Shown here: positions 39,206 through 51,600 of the stretch, piece after piece
Numbering within the stretch: position 1 is the stretch's first letter
How the letters are laid out: the number at the start of each line of letters is the position of its first letter
NCBI GenBank assembly: GCA_016748015.1
Contig: JAAOMT010000057.1
Location: forward strand, 266,763-330,762
Source: Geosiphon pyriformis uo1
Taxonomy: Eukaryota > Fungi > Glomeromycota
Length of the DNA stretch: 64,000 nucleotides
Reading direction: 5' to 3'
The notes under the pieces: generated by a model
Databases searched by the model: none
What the model saw: the letters and a program-made list of their open reading frames with translations, nothing else
What the model was told of the DNA's origin: nothing
Program-made: the position numbers and the translations under genes

Positions 39206-39779
39206 AGGAGATGTATCAGTCAATATGACAGAAGAAGAAATTGTTAACCAAGGGGAAATTATCTCAACAAGTCAAACAATTTCCATTCCACCATATGGCC
39301 AGTACATAATAGGGATAAAGCAGGAGATAAAAGAACAGAATCAAATTGTTAAAACAGAACCAACTCTTTGTGAATCAGGAGAAATTGGACTCATCAATCT
39401 CTATATACTAGCCAAAGATTACAGCCACATCAAAATTCCCATTTACAATAACACAGGGAATGTTATAGTAATACCAGCTGGAACCACCATTGGATACTTA
39501 AGCACTGAAATAGAGGATCAACCACCAAGCACCATTCTGGACTTTCCACAGCTTTGTGGATATGTTGATATCACATCACAAATGATATATGGATAAAGCG
39601 AATGTTATTTGCTTCAACTAGAACAATTGAAACAAATAAACATGGGAAACTTGAATCCACTCTAATGTATACAGCTCAAGATGTTGCTCAACAATTTCAA
39701 TGACATCTTTGCCAGTGAAAACAAGTTTGGCCAAACTGACATCATCCAGCATCAGATCAAGACTAGAGATGCAATGCTA

Positions 39780-41030
39780 ATTAAACAAAGAGCATACAGA
39801 GTACTACCAGCTAGCCACAAGATCATTCATTAAAAGATAAACCAAATGCTTGACAATGGGCTAATTCAGCCATCAATGAGTCCATAGTCATCATCAGTGG
39901 TACTCGTCTGGAAAAAAAATAGGAAAATTTGCTTTTGTGTGGATTATAGAAAACTTAATGGAGTAACTCATGAAGATAGCTACCCCACTTCACAGATCCA
40001 AAAACTATTCGACACTTTCAGTGGAAACAAATGGTTTTCAACATTAGACCTGAACAGTAGTTACTGGCAAGTAGTCATGGATCCAGCTGACAAAAAGAAA
40101 ATGGCATTCACCACAAGAGAAGGGAATTTCAAATTTGAAGTAATGCCATTCAGCTTAACCAATGCCCCAGCAACTTTCCAACAGCTAATGGAAATCATTT
40201 ATACTGGCTTATTGTAGAAATCAGTAGTTGTATACTTGGACAACACCAATGTATTCTCAAAAACATTTGATGATCATCTTCATCATTTTCAACAAGTGTT
40301 TGAAAGGCTAAGAAGAACAGAACTAAAGTTAAATGCAACAAAGTGCTTCTTCAGCAAGACAGAACTAAAATTCTTAGGACACATAGTCAGCAAAGATGGC
40401 ATCAAAATGGATCCAGAGAAAATAAAGATAGTAAAGAACTTTCCAGTGCTGACCAATATGACAAAACTGAAATCATTTTTGGGATTTGGCAGCTACTATC
40501 AATGTTTTATCAAGAACTTTTCCAAGATACCATGGCCACTCAACCAACTGCAAACCAAGAATACAAAATATGAATGGACAGAAAGTCAACAAGAAGCTTT
40601 TGATATTCTGAAAAGAAAGCTCATTTAAGCTTTAGTATTGATCTATCCAGATTACAGCAAATCATTTATTATTACCACCAATGCATCTGGCCAAGCATTG
40701 GGAGCAGTACTATCTCAGAGAGGACTGGACGGCAGAGAACATCTAGTAGCATATGTCAGCCAAGGTTTAACACCAGCCGAAAAAAACTATGGAACACCAG
40801 AACAAGAACACTTAGCAATTTATTGGGCAGTCATGAAGTGAAATGAATACTTGAGCCAAAAATTTGATATATACATGGATCATAAAGGATTAATATTACT
40901 TCAAAAGCAAGAATGTAATAATGGCTGCCAATTCAGATGGAAAATGGCACTCTCAGGATATACTTATACTATACACTATAAGAAAGAAAAAGACAATGGA
41001 AATGCTGATGGTTTGTTGTGAATAAGACAA
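39780..41030 (+). pseudogene. Gypsy reverse transcriptase and RNase H
   Basis: RT: FCVDYRKLN, FSTLDLNSSYWQV, FEVMPFSLTNAPATFQ, YLDN at 40233 (decayed YLDD), FLGHIVS. RH: TNASGQALGAVLSQ, NYGTPEQEHLA, MDHKGL, NADGL. Confidence 0.93.
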
Positions 41031-41309
41031 ATCTAAGAACATTTTGAACCCAAAAATATAACAAAACCAGAACAATACCAATGAAAAATATAACAAAAGA
41101 TAAACATACAAAAATATCAACAACTTCAACATTATATAAACACTTAACAGTTCAAGGAGAATTTATCTCAAATGGAATGAAAGAGTATCAAACAACAATC
41201 AAAATATTTTATCACTTACCAAAATATACTTTATTAGAAAAATAGAAAAGATTCAGATCAACCAACCAGAGTAATTACAGAGCCAGAAAAAGAAACAATA
41301 TTATTCAAC

Positions 41310-42482
41310 ATGCATTCAAATCCAACAACAGGACATTTTTACAAAGAAGCAACCATGGAAAGAACCAGAAAAAGATACTATTGGTCATCAATGTATCTAG
41401 ACATCATCTAATATGTTCAAAATTGTGATGCTTGTCAGTAAAGAGGAGGAACAAGACTCAGTGAACCATTAAGACCAATCAAAGTGGGACAACCATTCGA
41501 CTGTATTAGAATTGATTTAGTCGGACTATTAACAATTACCAGCAGAAGAAACAGATACATAGCAGTAGCCATGAACTATCTTACTAAATGGCCAGAGGCA
41601 AAAGCAATTCAAAGAGCAGATGCAAAATCTGTTGCCGAATTTGTTCATTAGAATTTGATTTGTTAACATGAATGTTTAAAAGAATTATTATCAGACCAAG
41701 GAACTCATTTTGTGAATAGAACATTAACAGAATTGAGCCAAAGATTTGGAATTAAGAGACCACTATCATTACCATACCATTTACAAACCAACAGATTAGT
41801 TGAAAGATTCAACAGAACATTGTGTAAGGCAATAGCTAAGCTCAGCCAAAAAAACCAGAACAATTGGAATTTGTTGATACCATCAGTACTATTTGCTTAT
41901 CAAACAATGAAGCAAGATACTACACAAGCAACACCATTTGAATTAGTATATGGTAGAACAGCAACACTATCAGTAAAAATAGAAGTTAGCACATATCCAA
42001 CCAAACCAATAACAGAAGAGAATTTCAAAAACACATTGTTAAAAAGAACATATGACTTAATGGAAACATTAGAAAACAAATGACGAAAAGCAGCTAATAA
42101 CATATAAAGATCACAAGAGAAACAAAAAAAAAGACATGATAACCAACTACCAGATAAACCAGTTGAATTCAAGATTAGAGACAAAGTACTACTATATTAT
42201 ACCAAAGTGGAAAAACAATGGAATGGAAAATTTGACCCCAAATGAGACAGACTATTTTACATAGAAGAAATTCTAAGAAATAAAGCTTACAAATTAAGAT
42301 TGAATAACAAAATCTTGACCAAAGCAGCACATGGAGATTGATTGAAACCATACCACCAGATAACATCATCATCTACCAGTAATATTCTACAATTAGGAGT
42401 ACAGAAAATACTAGTCCAACCAGATAAGATTCCACGAAATCTGAAACCAATCATTATTATTAACAACAACATGTTCAATTGA
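41310..42482 (+). pseudogene. Gypsy integrase (HHCC, DDE core, C-terminal region; no chromodomain seen)
   Basis: MHSNPTTGHF...NCDACQ, IDLVG, YLTKWPEA, SDQGTHF, PYHLQTNRLVERFNRTL, TPFELVYGR. Confidence 0.92.
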
Positions 42483-42499
42483 TCAATGAAAGAATATAT

Positions 42500-43166
42500 A
42501 AAAACATGGTCAACACGACAGAAGAGATCAGAAAAATGGAAATTACGGACAATATCTATTCATTAGCCCAACAAATTTTTCAATTAATCCAACACCAGGA
42601 GATGGAAATTACAATCAATAAAAAAAACCATTCATTACAAAAATATGGCAAAACTACCACAAAACAAAGCACAGAAAAAACTTGAAAATGTTGTTGACAA
42701 GATTATGACCAAGATAAAATTGGCTATAAAAGAACAACAAATAGTCGAATTACACCAAGAACTTACCAGAGAAACTTGGACTTAGTAAATGCAACAATTT
42801 CTGAAAAACTATTGTCATTTCCACTTGGAACAACACGTAAATATCCAGAATTTGTACACCGACAAAACAAAACAGTTATTTAACACAACAATACTGAGAC
42901 AACTAGAACAATTTGTGAGAAAAAACAATCTAATCACACAAGCTCGAGCCATTTACTGGCTATATATGGGATTTTAAGACTGACCAGAAATCTTACTCAA
43001 CACAGCAATGGATACAGTTATGAGTAATCAATTGGGAAAAATGACCAATGCCCAATTTGAAGAACTACAAACTAAAATAACACAAGTAATACTCGAAAAA
43101 AAAGTTCAAGAAATAATTCAAGAAGGAGAATTAAAGGAATTAGATTTCGATGGAGTTCAATATTAA
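42500..43166 (+). pseudogene. Extra 3' ORF of the gypsy element, unknown function, degraded
   Basis: The frame can be followed across one frameshift and several stops, from MVNTTEEIRK through QARAIYWLYMGF to ELDFDGVQY*, ending at the PPT. Confidence 0.55.
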
Positions 43167-43179
43167 AAGAAGGGAATAA
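43165..43179 (+). promoter_or_regulatory. Polypurine tract AAAAGAAGGGAATAA
   Basis: Lies immediately before the TGTTA start of the 3' LTR. Confidence 0.85.
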
Positions 43180-44033
43180 TGTTACTCATAGAATATAGGA
43201 AATATAGTATTACTAACCAGTAGATATTAGCCAATTAGATGTAGATATAGTAAATGTGGAATTCCAAGATTCGTCTCAGAGGAATTGCAGGATTCCAGGA
43301 ATTTCAGAATTCTTTGACAAGGAATCACAGGATTCCAGAATTCCAGGATTTCTTTTATCAGGAATTGCAGGATTCTAGAAATTCCAGAATTTTTGTCATA
43401 AGGAATTGAGGAATTGAGGAATCTCAAATATGTATATATAGCAATAGTATTAGAAGCAGAAAAGACAGAATTAACAAGAAAAATTCTTAGCTTAGTTACC
43501 ACAATCCTAAAGAATAAATAATTATTCACTATATCAAATTTGTTCTTCACTATCAACACTTCATGTTAATAGTAACTGATACTTAACCATATTGGAACAA
43601 TAGTTCTTGATTATGGCTATTGACAGGATATTAACTTGCAAATTGCCTTGGCTTATTTTCTTATTTTCTCTTTTATCTTTCTTTGATTTTGTTGTGCATA
43701 CTAATTAATTGAGGATTAAAAGTGCTGAGTTATTGACGTCATGGATAACTTGGTAAAAGACCCAGAAATAAGGGTAAATTTATATATATTATCGGTTAGC
43801 TTATCAAAAGAGCATGACTACCAGAATAAATCCGGCCACTAAACTGAGAAAAAAATTGGGAAACAACTGAACACGTGAACACCATCACTATTGAATCTCT
43901 GTTCATTATACAAAAGACTCCATCAAAACCTTTAGATACAACACTTTCAGAACATTATTAATGGAAATAGCTTTTAAGCACCAAGTTACAGGTGTGTTAT
44001 TTGACTCGAGACCCCAAATAGTCATCTGTAACA
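43180..44033 (+). repeat. 3' LTR (854 bp)
   Basis: Ends TGTTA...TAACA; direct repeat of 33908-34750. Confidence 0.95.
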
Positions 44034-47000
44034 ATGTTGTTTGTTGGCATAGGAAAATGGGAAATTTGGTCTCAATAGTTACAAAAACAAAATTAAGGTC
44101 TGGCTGCAGGCCATGGATCAAAGATAGGTTTAATGGTGTTCAGGTTTTTACTTCTGGTTTGGATGCAGGTTTTTTTGGTGCTGGGGTTGCCATAATCATG
44201 GACGTTTCTCTGGCTCAGCATGTGAGTAAAATTTCTGAGGTGCCTAGTCGGCTCTTGTCTATCAAGTTGCTTTTTAAGAACAAACTTTCAGTGTCAATTT
44301 TGGAACTTTATGCTGGTGCTTCTTCAGTGGTTTGGTTCTCTCAGGCTGGTGATATCAACTCTCTTATTGCAAAAGCAGTCAACGAATCTTCTTTCATTAT
44401 TCTTGGTGGTGATTTTAATGAAGATGGCTCTCACAAGTGTGTGAGTTTCAAGAAATGTCTTGATTTAGGACTAGTTAATTCCTTGGTTGGTAGTCCGGCT
44501 GTTAAGAAACCTACTTGGATGAATTCCAGGGGTATCAGGAAGACAATTAATTATATGCTTGTATTTCCGAACTTGGTTAATGTGATAGTAAATTGTGATG
44601 TTTTGGAAGTCAATGAGCATTTTAACACAGATCACTGATCTGTTTCTGTGTCTGTGGGTTTGGGTGGACTTTTGAATATGCAGTTAAACTTTTTTCACAA
44701 GCAAGTGAATAAAGACCAATGGAAGTTCAACTTCAAGAGTACTGATGAGAGTAAATAGATCAATTTTAAAGGTGCCATGTTGGCTAATGCTGCAATGTTC
44801 TTGGATGAGTTTGCTGCCACCACGGGATTCTCAGATTTGGACACAATGTGGGATGTTGTTTGCAAAATTATGGTTCTTTTGGCCAATGAAGTGTTCAAAA
44901 AAAAATGGTTCAAAGACTATAATGGTGTCTTTACTAAGAAATCGTCCAAATTTCATAAATTGGAACTTTTAGTATCGAGATTGGTTAAGGCTTCTCAGTC
45001 AACTTGTTATAATGAGTTTATTTTACTATTGGATGTCTGGGATTCTCTTGATAATGATAATGCTTCTATGGTCAGATCTTTTTTTTTCTCTGGCTCTTCT
45101 TTTGATACCATTTGGTCAGCTCTCTCCAAGATCAAAAAAATTTATTGCTCACTTAAACTGGCAGAATTGAGGCATAGAGAAGAATCTCAAATCAAATTGG
45201 CAATCAACAAGAAGATGAAAAGTTTTGAGCTGAACAAAGGTTACACTATTTGAAGTGTTCTGGAGTGTCCTTTCTGCAAGGTCATTTTGGATCACTTGGT
45301 TGTGAATGATGAGCTAATTTTGGAACCTGGTCTTGTGAAATCAAAGATAGATAAAATCATGGAAGGCTGGACTAGGAAGTATAGGGTGGTTTCTGATATC
45401 CTGGAAGAGTGGCACCATCAGTATAGGCCTTTATGCTATGTTTTTGATAAGGCTTTTTGGAGTGTAATGCAACCAATTGAGTTTTTGGAATTGTTTAGCA
45501 TGGTTTCTAATCTACCTGATGGTAAGGCTGCCGGTCTCTCGGGTATTTCAAATAAGTTGTGGAAACATTATAATAGATCTGTTTTGGATATGTTGTTGAT
45601 GCTTCTAAATTCTTGTCTATTTTGTGAATTTGTGCTTGGTTCTTGGAGGGAAGCCTGGGTTTCGATGATCTCTAAACCATATAAGTGGGAGAGAGTTCTC
45701 ACAAACACCTGACCTATAGCTTTGATCGAAACAGCTCACAAAATCTTCTCTAAGATTTTCTCTGACAGAATATCGCTGGCTTGCAGTACTTATAACATTC
45801 TTTGTGGAGATAATTTTTCAGTCTTAAAGGGTACAACAACCCAAACTCTTATTTTTGCTATTGGTTCAGTTGTTAAGGATGCTTTAGAAAAGGATTGGGA
45901 GCTTTGGCTGGTATTACAGAACATGCGGAAGGTGTACGATTCTGTTGGATGGGAGCATCTTAAGAAGTGTTTAGTCAGGATCAAAATGTATGGCAAGTTT
46001 ATTTGGTTTTTTGGTAATATTCATAGGAATTGGACCAATTGGATTATGACAGATTTCGGTTTATCTGATGGCTATCATGTACATGATGAATTAGACCAAG
46101 GAGAAGTTTTTTTGTCTCTTCTTTGGTGCATTTTTTATGACCTACTTTTGTGTAAAGTCAAGCATCAGGAAAGTGTGTGCAGTTATAGATTCAATTCTCA
46201 TTTTGTCTTCAGGAGTGGTCGTACTGAATCTCAAGCTGGGCTTTCTTCCTTTTTTGCTGCTGGGGTCTTTGTTGATAACACAATTTGGGTTGGCAGCAGT
46301 CAGGCTGCTACTCAACATATTCTCAACATTGCTAGTGAATTTTTTCAAATCAATGACATTTTAATCAATAATGACAAAACTGTGATCATTTCTATTAATA
46401 GCAGAATCAGCAATCCATCTCTTTTCATCAGTGGTTCACCTATTTTCATAGCCAAAAAAGGCAAATCTCATTGGTATTTTGGTATCTTTCTTTTGACTGA
46501 TGGTCTTTCTAAGTCTAGTTTGGCCAAAACACATTTGGACATTTATTTCTTCAGCAATTTGGTTCTGAGAAAAGTGGTTTCAGATAAGCAGTTCTTGTAC
46601 CTGGTGTTAGCAGTTTTCCATCCCATAATCAGCTACAGGACACAGTTCAGCTTTATTTCTGTTGGTGTGTGCAACAAATGGAATACTCTAATTTGCAAGA
46701 GTTTAAAGCTTAAATCTGATTTTTCTCTTGATTTTCCTAGTGATATAATTCACTACCTCTCCTTTTATGGTTTGAAATTCTTTTCCCAGTGTCAGTCTGA
46801 AAGCAAGATTGCTTCACTTATTAGTTTTGTAAACTCCCATGGGGTTTTGGGTCAATTGTTCAGTCACAGGTCTCATGACTTGCAAGTTCTAAGTTGGTGC
46901 CCCATCTATCTATTGAATTCCCTGGCTTATGTCTGTGTTAGTGCTTTCAATAATTTTTTGTCAAGTGTGGTTCACATTCTTCTTGACTGCAATTTATTCT

Positions 47001-48643
47001 TGGGTGGCTCTTTGGCCAGCTCTTTTTGGCTTCATGATGGGGTGCTTATGTCTACTGTTCTGGGCGAATCTTTGTTTTTCAAATTTTTGCCTTTCCTCCG
47101 ACATTATGACATTGCCTTTGTGGATCAGCTTTGTAATTGTCATGAAGATGTCTTCAACTGGTACACCTTTAAGTGGTGGAAGAGACTAAACTTTTATGGT
47201 CCAGTTCCTGAGTGGTTTAAGCTTTCTGTTGCATTTCTCGGTGGTCTGCCCCCCTCTTCTTCAGCTTTAATTGGTGTTAGCCCTCTGAACATTTGTGAGT
47301 CTAGTGATTTTGTGTCTGTCAGAGATCATCTCTCTCAAGTTGGTTTTGGTAGTTTGTCTGTTTATACAGATGGTTCTCTGAAAAATTTGGGCATGCTGGA
47401 TTGTCGAGGTGGCACTGCAGTCTTTTTTGAGGACATTAATTTGGGTTTGGATGTCAGTGTTTGTGGTTTGGTTTTATCTACTTTGGTGGAGTTGCAGACC
47501 ATTGCTTTAGCTCTGGAGTGTATGCCAAAGTCGCACTCTGTTCACTTGTTTTCAGATAGTCAAGCTGCTTTGGATGCTTGTAAATCAAAATTGGGTCTGA
47601 TGTGTCCTGACTTTCACAATCAGTGTTGGGTCAAGCATCAACACATTAGAAATGTTATTTACAGCAAGAATTTGAAAGTCAGCTGGCACAAGGTGAAGGG
47701 CCACTCTGGAATTTTGGGGAATAAATGTGCTGATGGTCTTGCTGATGCTGCTTCTCTCTTTGGTTGGTCTCTTCCTCTTTGTGTAAGTAAACATTTTTTG
47801 GTGATGGATGGTGGTATAGTTTTAGGTAATTCTAGGCACTTTGTTCAGGATGTTTTTCAAGCTGTTTGTTATGTGCATTGGGAGGTTGGTTCTGGTTCCA
47901 GCTTTCTGGTGGATGGTTTGCTTTCAGATTTCAATTGGCTCAGATCTTTCTGGATGTGGCACCCTGACTTGTACATGACCACAGGCTTTACCAGTAGGTG
48001 CATTGCTGATTCTTGTACCTACTTCATAAAGGCTTTGTATTGTTAGCTTCTCATAGCAGTTTGGAAGCATCTTTACAATAAATGTTATCCCAATGTTTTG
48101 TGTCTGTATTGTGAGGAGGTAGAGATTTCAGATCATGTTTTTTCTTGTACAGTCGATAGCTCAGCTCATTGCCAAATTTTGAATTCTAGCGTGTTATTTT
48201 GGAAAGGACTTTTGGGTCTCTCTCTTTTCTCTTCATGTGTGTTGCAGTTGTTGTCAATCTGCACTCTGAATTTCTTGGTGTTATCAGCTCTGTTTAAGAG
48301 TTTTGTTTTTAATGGATAGTTCCCAGAGGCTGTTTCTGTCTTCTATGATCCCAAGATTGCTGGTGTCAGGATTACTGATTTTACGCATTCTCTTTGTCTC
48401 ACTTTTAGAGATAACATTTGGTTGGTCCATGCTAAACATTACGCCTTCATGGAGAAACATGGGCTGATCCCTATGGATGGCTCAGCTCCCACCTCAATTT
48501 CTGGTTCAGCTTTGAAGTTTTCTACTGGTGTGGTTAAATTGTTTGGGATGTCTAAAGCTTTCAGAGTCTGTTTTGGTTTTCATAAACACTGTTTATTCTT
48601 TTCTGGTATAAATTCCTTAGTTTCTGTAGTTATTATAGCATAG
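44034..48643 (+). pseudogene. LINE copy 6 ORF2 remainder: APE, RT, RNase H, CCHC
   Basis: VVCWHRKMGNLVSIV, LGGDFNEDG, NTDH, LQNMRKVYDSV, VFVDNTIW, VYTDGSL, KVKGHSGILGNKCADGLA, CLYCEEVEISDHVFSC. Confidence 0.93.
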
Positions 48644-51600
48644 TGTTGTCCTAACTGGTTCGAGTGGCTGGTTACATGTAGAAAACACATGATTCACACC
48701 TAGTTTAGATCATTTCTTTGATGTATAGTTCTAGGTAGTGTGTGAACTTCACTCATTAAGCATAATAAAATAAAAAAAAAAACATAATACCTAGTTTATT
48801 TTAGTGTTTTTTACTTTTTTAGTAAGCAATTTTAGTTTTTTTTAATTATCAAATTATGATCTATTTTAACATTTTTTATTAAACAATTCTTAATATTATA
48901 ATTTTAATGTTTTTTTCTTTAATTAATTAATTAAAACAAAACAAAAAAAACAAAAAAAACAAAAACAAAAATTAATATTCTGTTAATAACTATAATTATA
49001 AATTATTGTTTTAAGCTTATAAAAATTACAAGTAAATAATCTGATTTGTAAATTTTATTTATATTTTTTTTAAGCATAAAAATTTAAGTTAAATAAAATA
49101 AAATTTAGATTAGTTTCTAACTAAACTTATTTAATTTTAAAATAATCTGTTTTTTTGTTTTTAATTTTTTTGTTATATATACATAAATTTTTGTAATATA
49201 AAATTTCTGGTTTTTTAAGTTATTATTAGAATTTTTGGCATTTTTAGAATTTTTAATATTATATGTTTTAATAATTTTATATTTTACTATTGGCTATTTT
49301 ATGTTATATTTTTTTTATTTTTCTGTTTTATTTTATAAATAATAATATACATAAACAAAAATAAGAAATAGAATTAACCACTATTATAAAATATAAATAT
49401 GTGTTTTTAGATTATATATTTTTAATTTTTTTAAGTTTTTGAATATTTTCTTTGCAAATTTTACTAATTATTAATTTTAAAAAATTTTGTTTAATAATAT
49501 ATCAATTTTTAATAAATTTATTTGTTATGTTAGTATTAGAATTTTAAAAATAATAAAATATTAAACTTTTTTAAATAATTTTAAATATTTGTATTAAATT
49601 TTATTTATCTTGATATAATTATTTATAATATTTATTTATTATGTAATAAAATACAAATATTATGCTATTTTTAATTATTTTACAAACAATATATATGTAA
49701 TAATATATTTAGTTATTTGTTTATTGACTTTTAAAAAAATATTATAACCAACTAATATTATTTTTATACAGAAAGACTTAATTTAATATTTAAAAAAATA
49801 ATTTTATTGAATCTTATTTTGAACTTTTAAATTTAATATATTAATAAAATTACACAAACTACTATTTACTATTAATATATACTTAATAATATAATTAAAG
49901 TTTTTAATATAAGAAGTAGTTTGAATTTTAATAGTAAATACTTTTAACATAAATATATAGACTTATGTTTATTAATTAAAATAGATAATTTTAATTAAAT
50001 AACTTTTAATATTAAAGTATTTTTTAATAAATTAAAATTTTTTTTATATAAATTGTTATAACATATAAAAAAATTGTAAATAAAACTGTTATATTGATTA
50101 TAAAACTTGAATTTAAAATTTTCAGTAGATTATTATTAATGTAAAAAATATAATGAATTGATTATATAATTTTAAATATTTGTTTAAATACAATATTAAC
50201 TACAAAATTTATATCTGTAACAAATATTAATAGCTTTATTATTGTTGTTTTTTTGTATATTTTAAGATTTATTTATATAACTTAACTGTTTTATTTAATA
50301 TAAAAACTTATACAACAAAACATAATTTAGTATTATTGTTTACAACAAAAAAAACAAAAATAATATTTAATATTAATTGGTTTTTATAGTATTGTTATTT
50401 AAAATATTATATTATTTTAATTAAAAAACAATTTATGTTAATAATATCTAATATAAACAAATAAGTTGATTTTTATTGTTTAATTTAAACTTAACAATTT
50501 ATTAATAGTTATATAATTTACAATCAAAAAATGTTGTTAATAAACACAATATATTTAGTTTTTTATTAATATAAATTTTAAATCTTTGTATTATATTTAA
50601 AAAATTATGATTAAGAATTAACTTAGTTAGAAATTTTGTTTTTAATGGTTTTTTTAAATGCCAATTAACATATTTTTATTTTTAATAAAAAGTTAAATTT
50701 TATTAAAAACATTTTTAAAAATATTTTAATATATTAGAACACAATATTAAATATTAAAATATTATAAATAATTATATATATTAACAAAAACTATAAGAGT
50801 TATGAGTAAAATATTTTATAAAAAATTAATATATTATTTACAATTTTGTTATTTTGATTTATTATTATAATGAACATAAAGATTATTTTTTTTTGATTAA
50901 AAATAATTATTAAATTTACATTTATAACTATAATATTTGATATAATTTTTAAGATATAACTTTAAATTTTTTTAAACAATACTAAATTTTTCTTGTTTGC
51001 TATAATTTTTTATAATATTATTAGCTGTTTTTATGATAAAAAATATAATCAACATAAAGATTTAATATGTTTATAGATAAATAAAATAAGTAAAACTTAA
51101 AGTAATTTATTATATTCTTTTTAATATGTGATTTTATTTTTATTTTCAAAGTTTTAATAAACTTGATAGTTTAATTTAAATATTTTATATTAAAAAAGTA
51201 TTATAAAACCAAAAAAAAATAAAATTATTAATAAAAATATAAAATACCTTTATTTATATCTTGATTAAAAATGTATTTTATATTAAAAATAAGTTTTATA
51301 TTAGTAAAAAAAAGTTTTAAATTTTAATATATATTTTTTATTATTATTTATTAGTATTTATTCAGATGTTTTTTTTGGTTTATAGCTGTTAATTTTAAAT
51401 TTTAATATTAAAAAAGTTATATATTAGTATTAAAAGAGAAAAATATTAATATAATTGTAGTTTTGAATAATTTTTGTTTAAATAATTAGTTTTATTATAA
51501 TTTATTGGTTTTTAATATTTAAAACTTATAATTCATATTTTATATATAAAGTTTAGTCTCTATCTTTAATAAACTGGTTTTTTTGAATTTTTTTATTGTA

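Larger units (their letters stand above)
33908..44033 (+). mobile_element. Ty3/gypsy LTR retrotransposon, structurally complete, dUTPase-bearing, inactivated
   Basis: Paired LTRs with outer ends TGTTA...TAACA, PBS, PPT and a 4-bp TSD. Domain order gag-PR-dUTPase-RT-RH-IN is gypsy order. Confidence 0.96.
31908..48782 (+). mobile_element. Full-length LINE (copy 6), split by a nested Ty3/gypsy insertion
   Basis: 5' motif 31908-31968, ORF1 ~32039-33837. ORF2 starts at 33834, is interrupted at 33907 and resumes at 44034, running to 48643. 3'UTR and A-tail follow. Confidence 0.93.

Noticed and set aside
43961-44638. 225-aa ORF as a novel fusion gene
   Set aside because: It is chance read-through from the 3' LTR into the interrupted LINE endonuclease domain.
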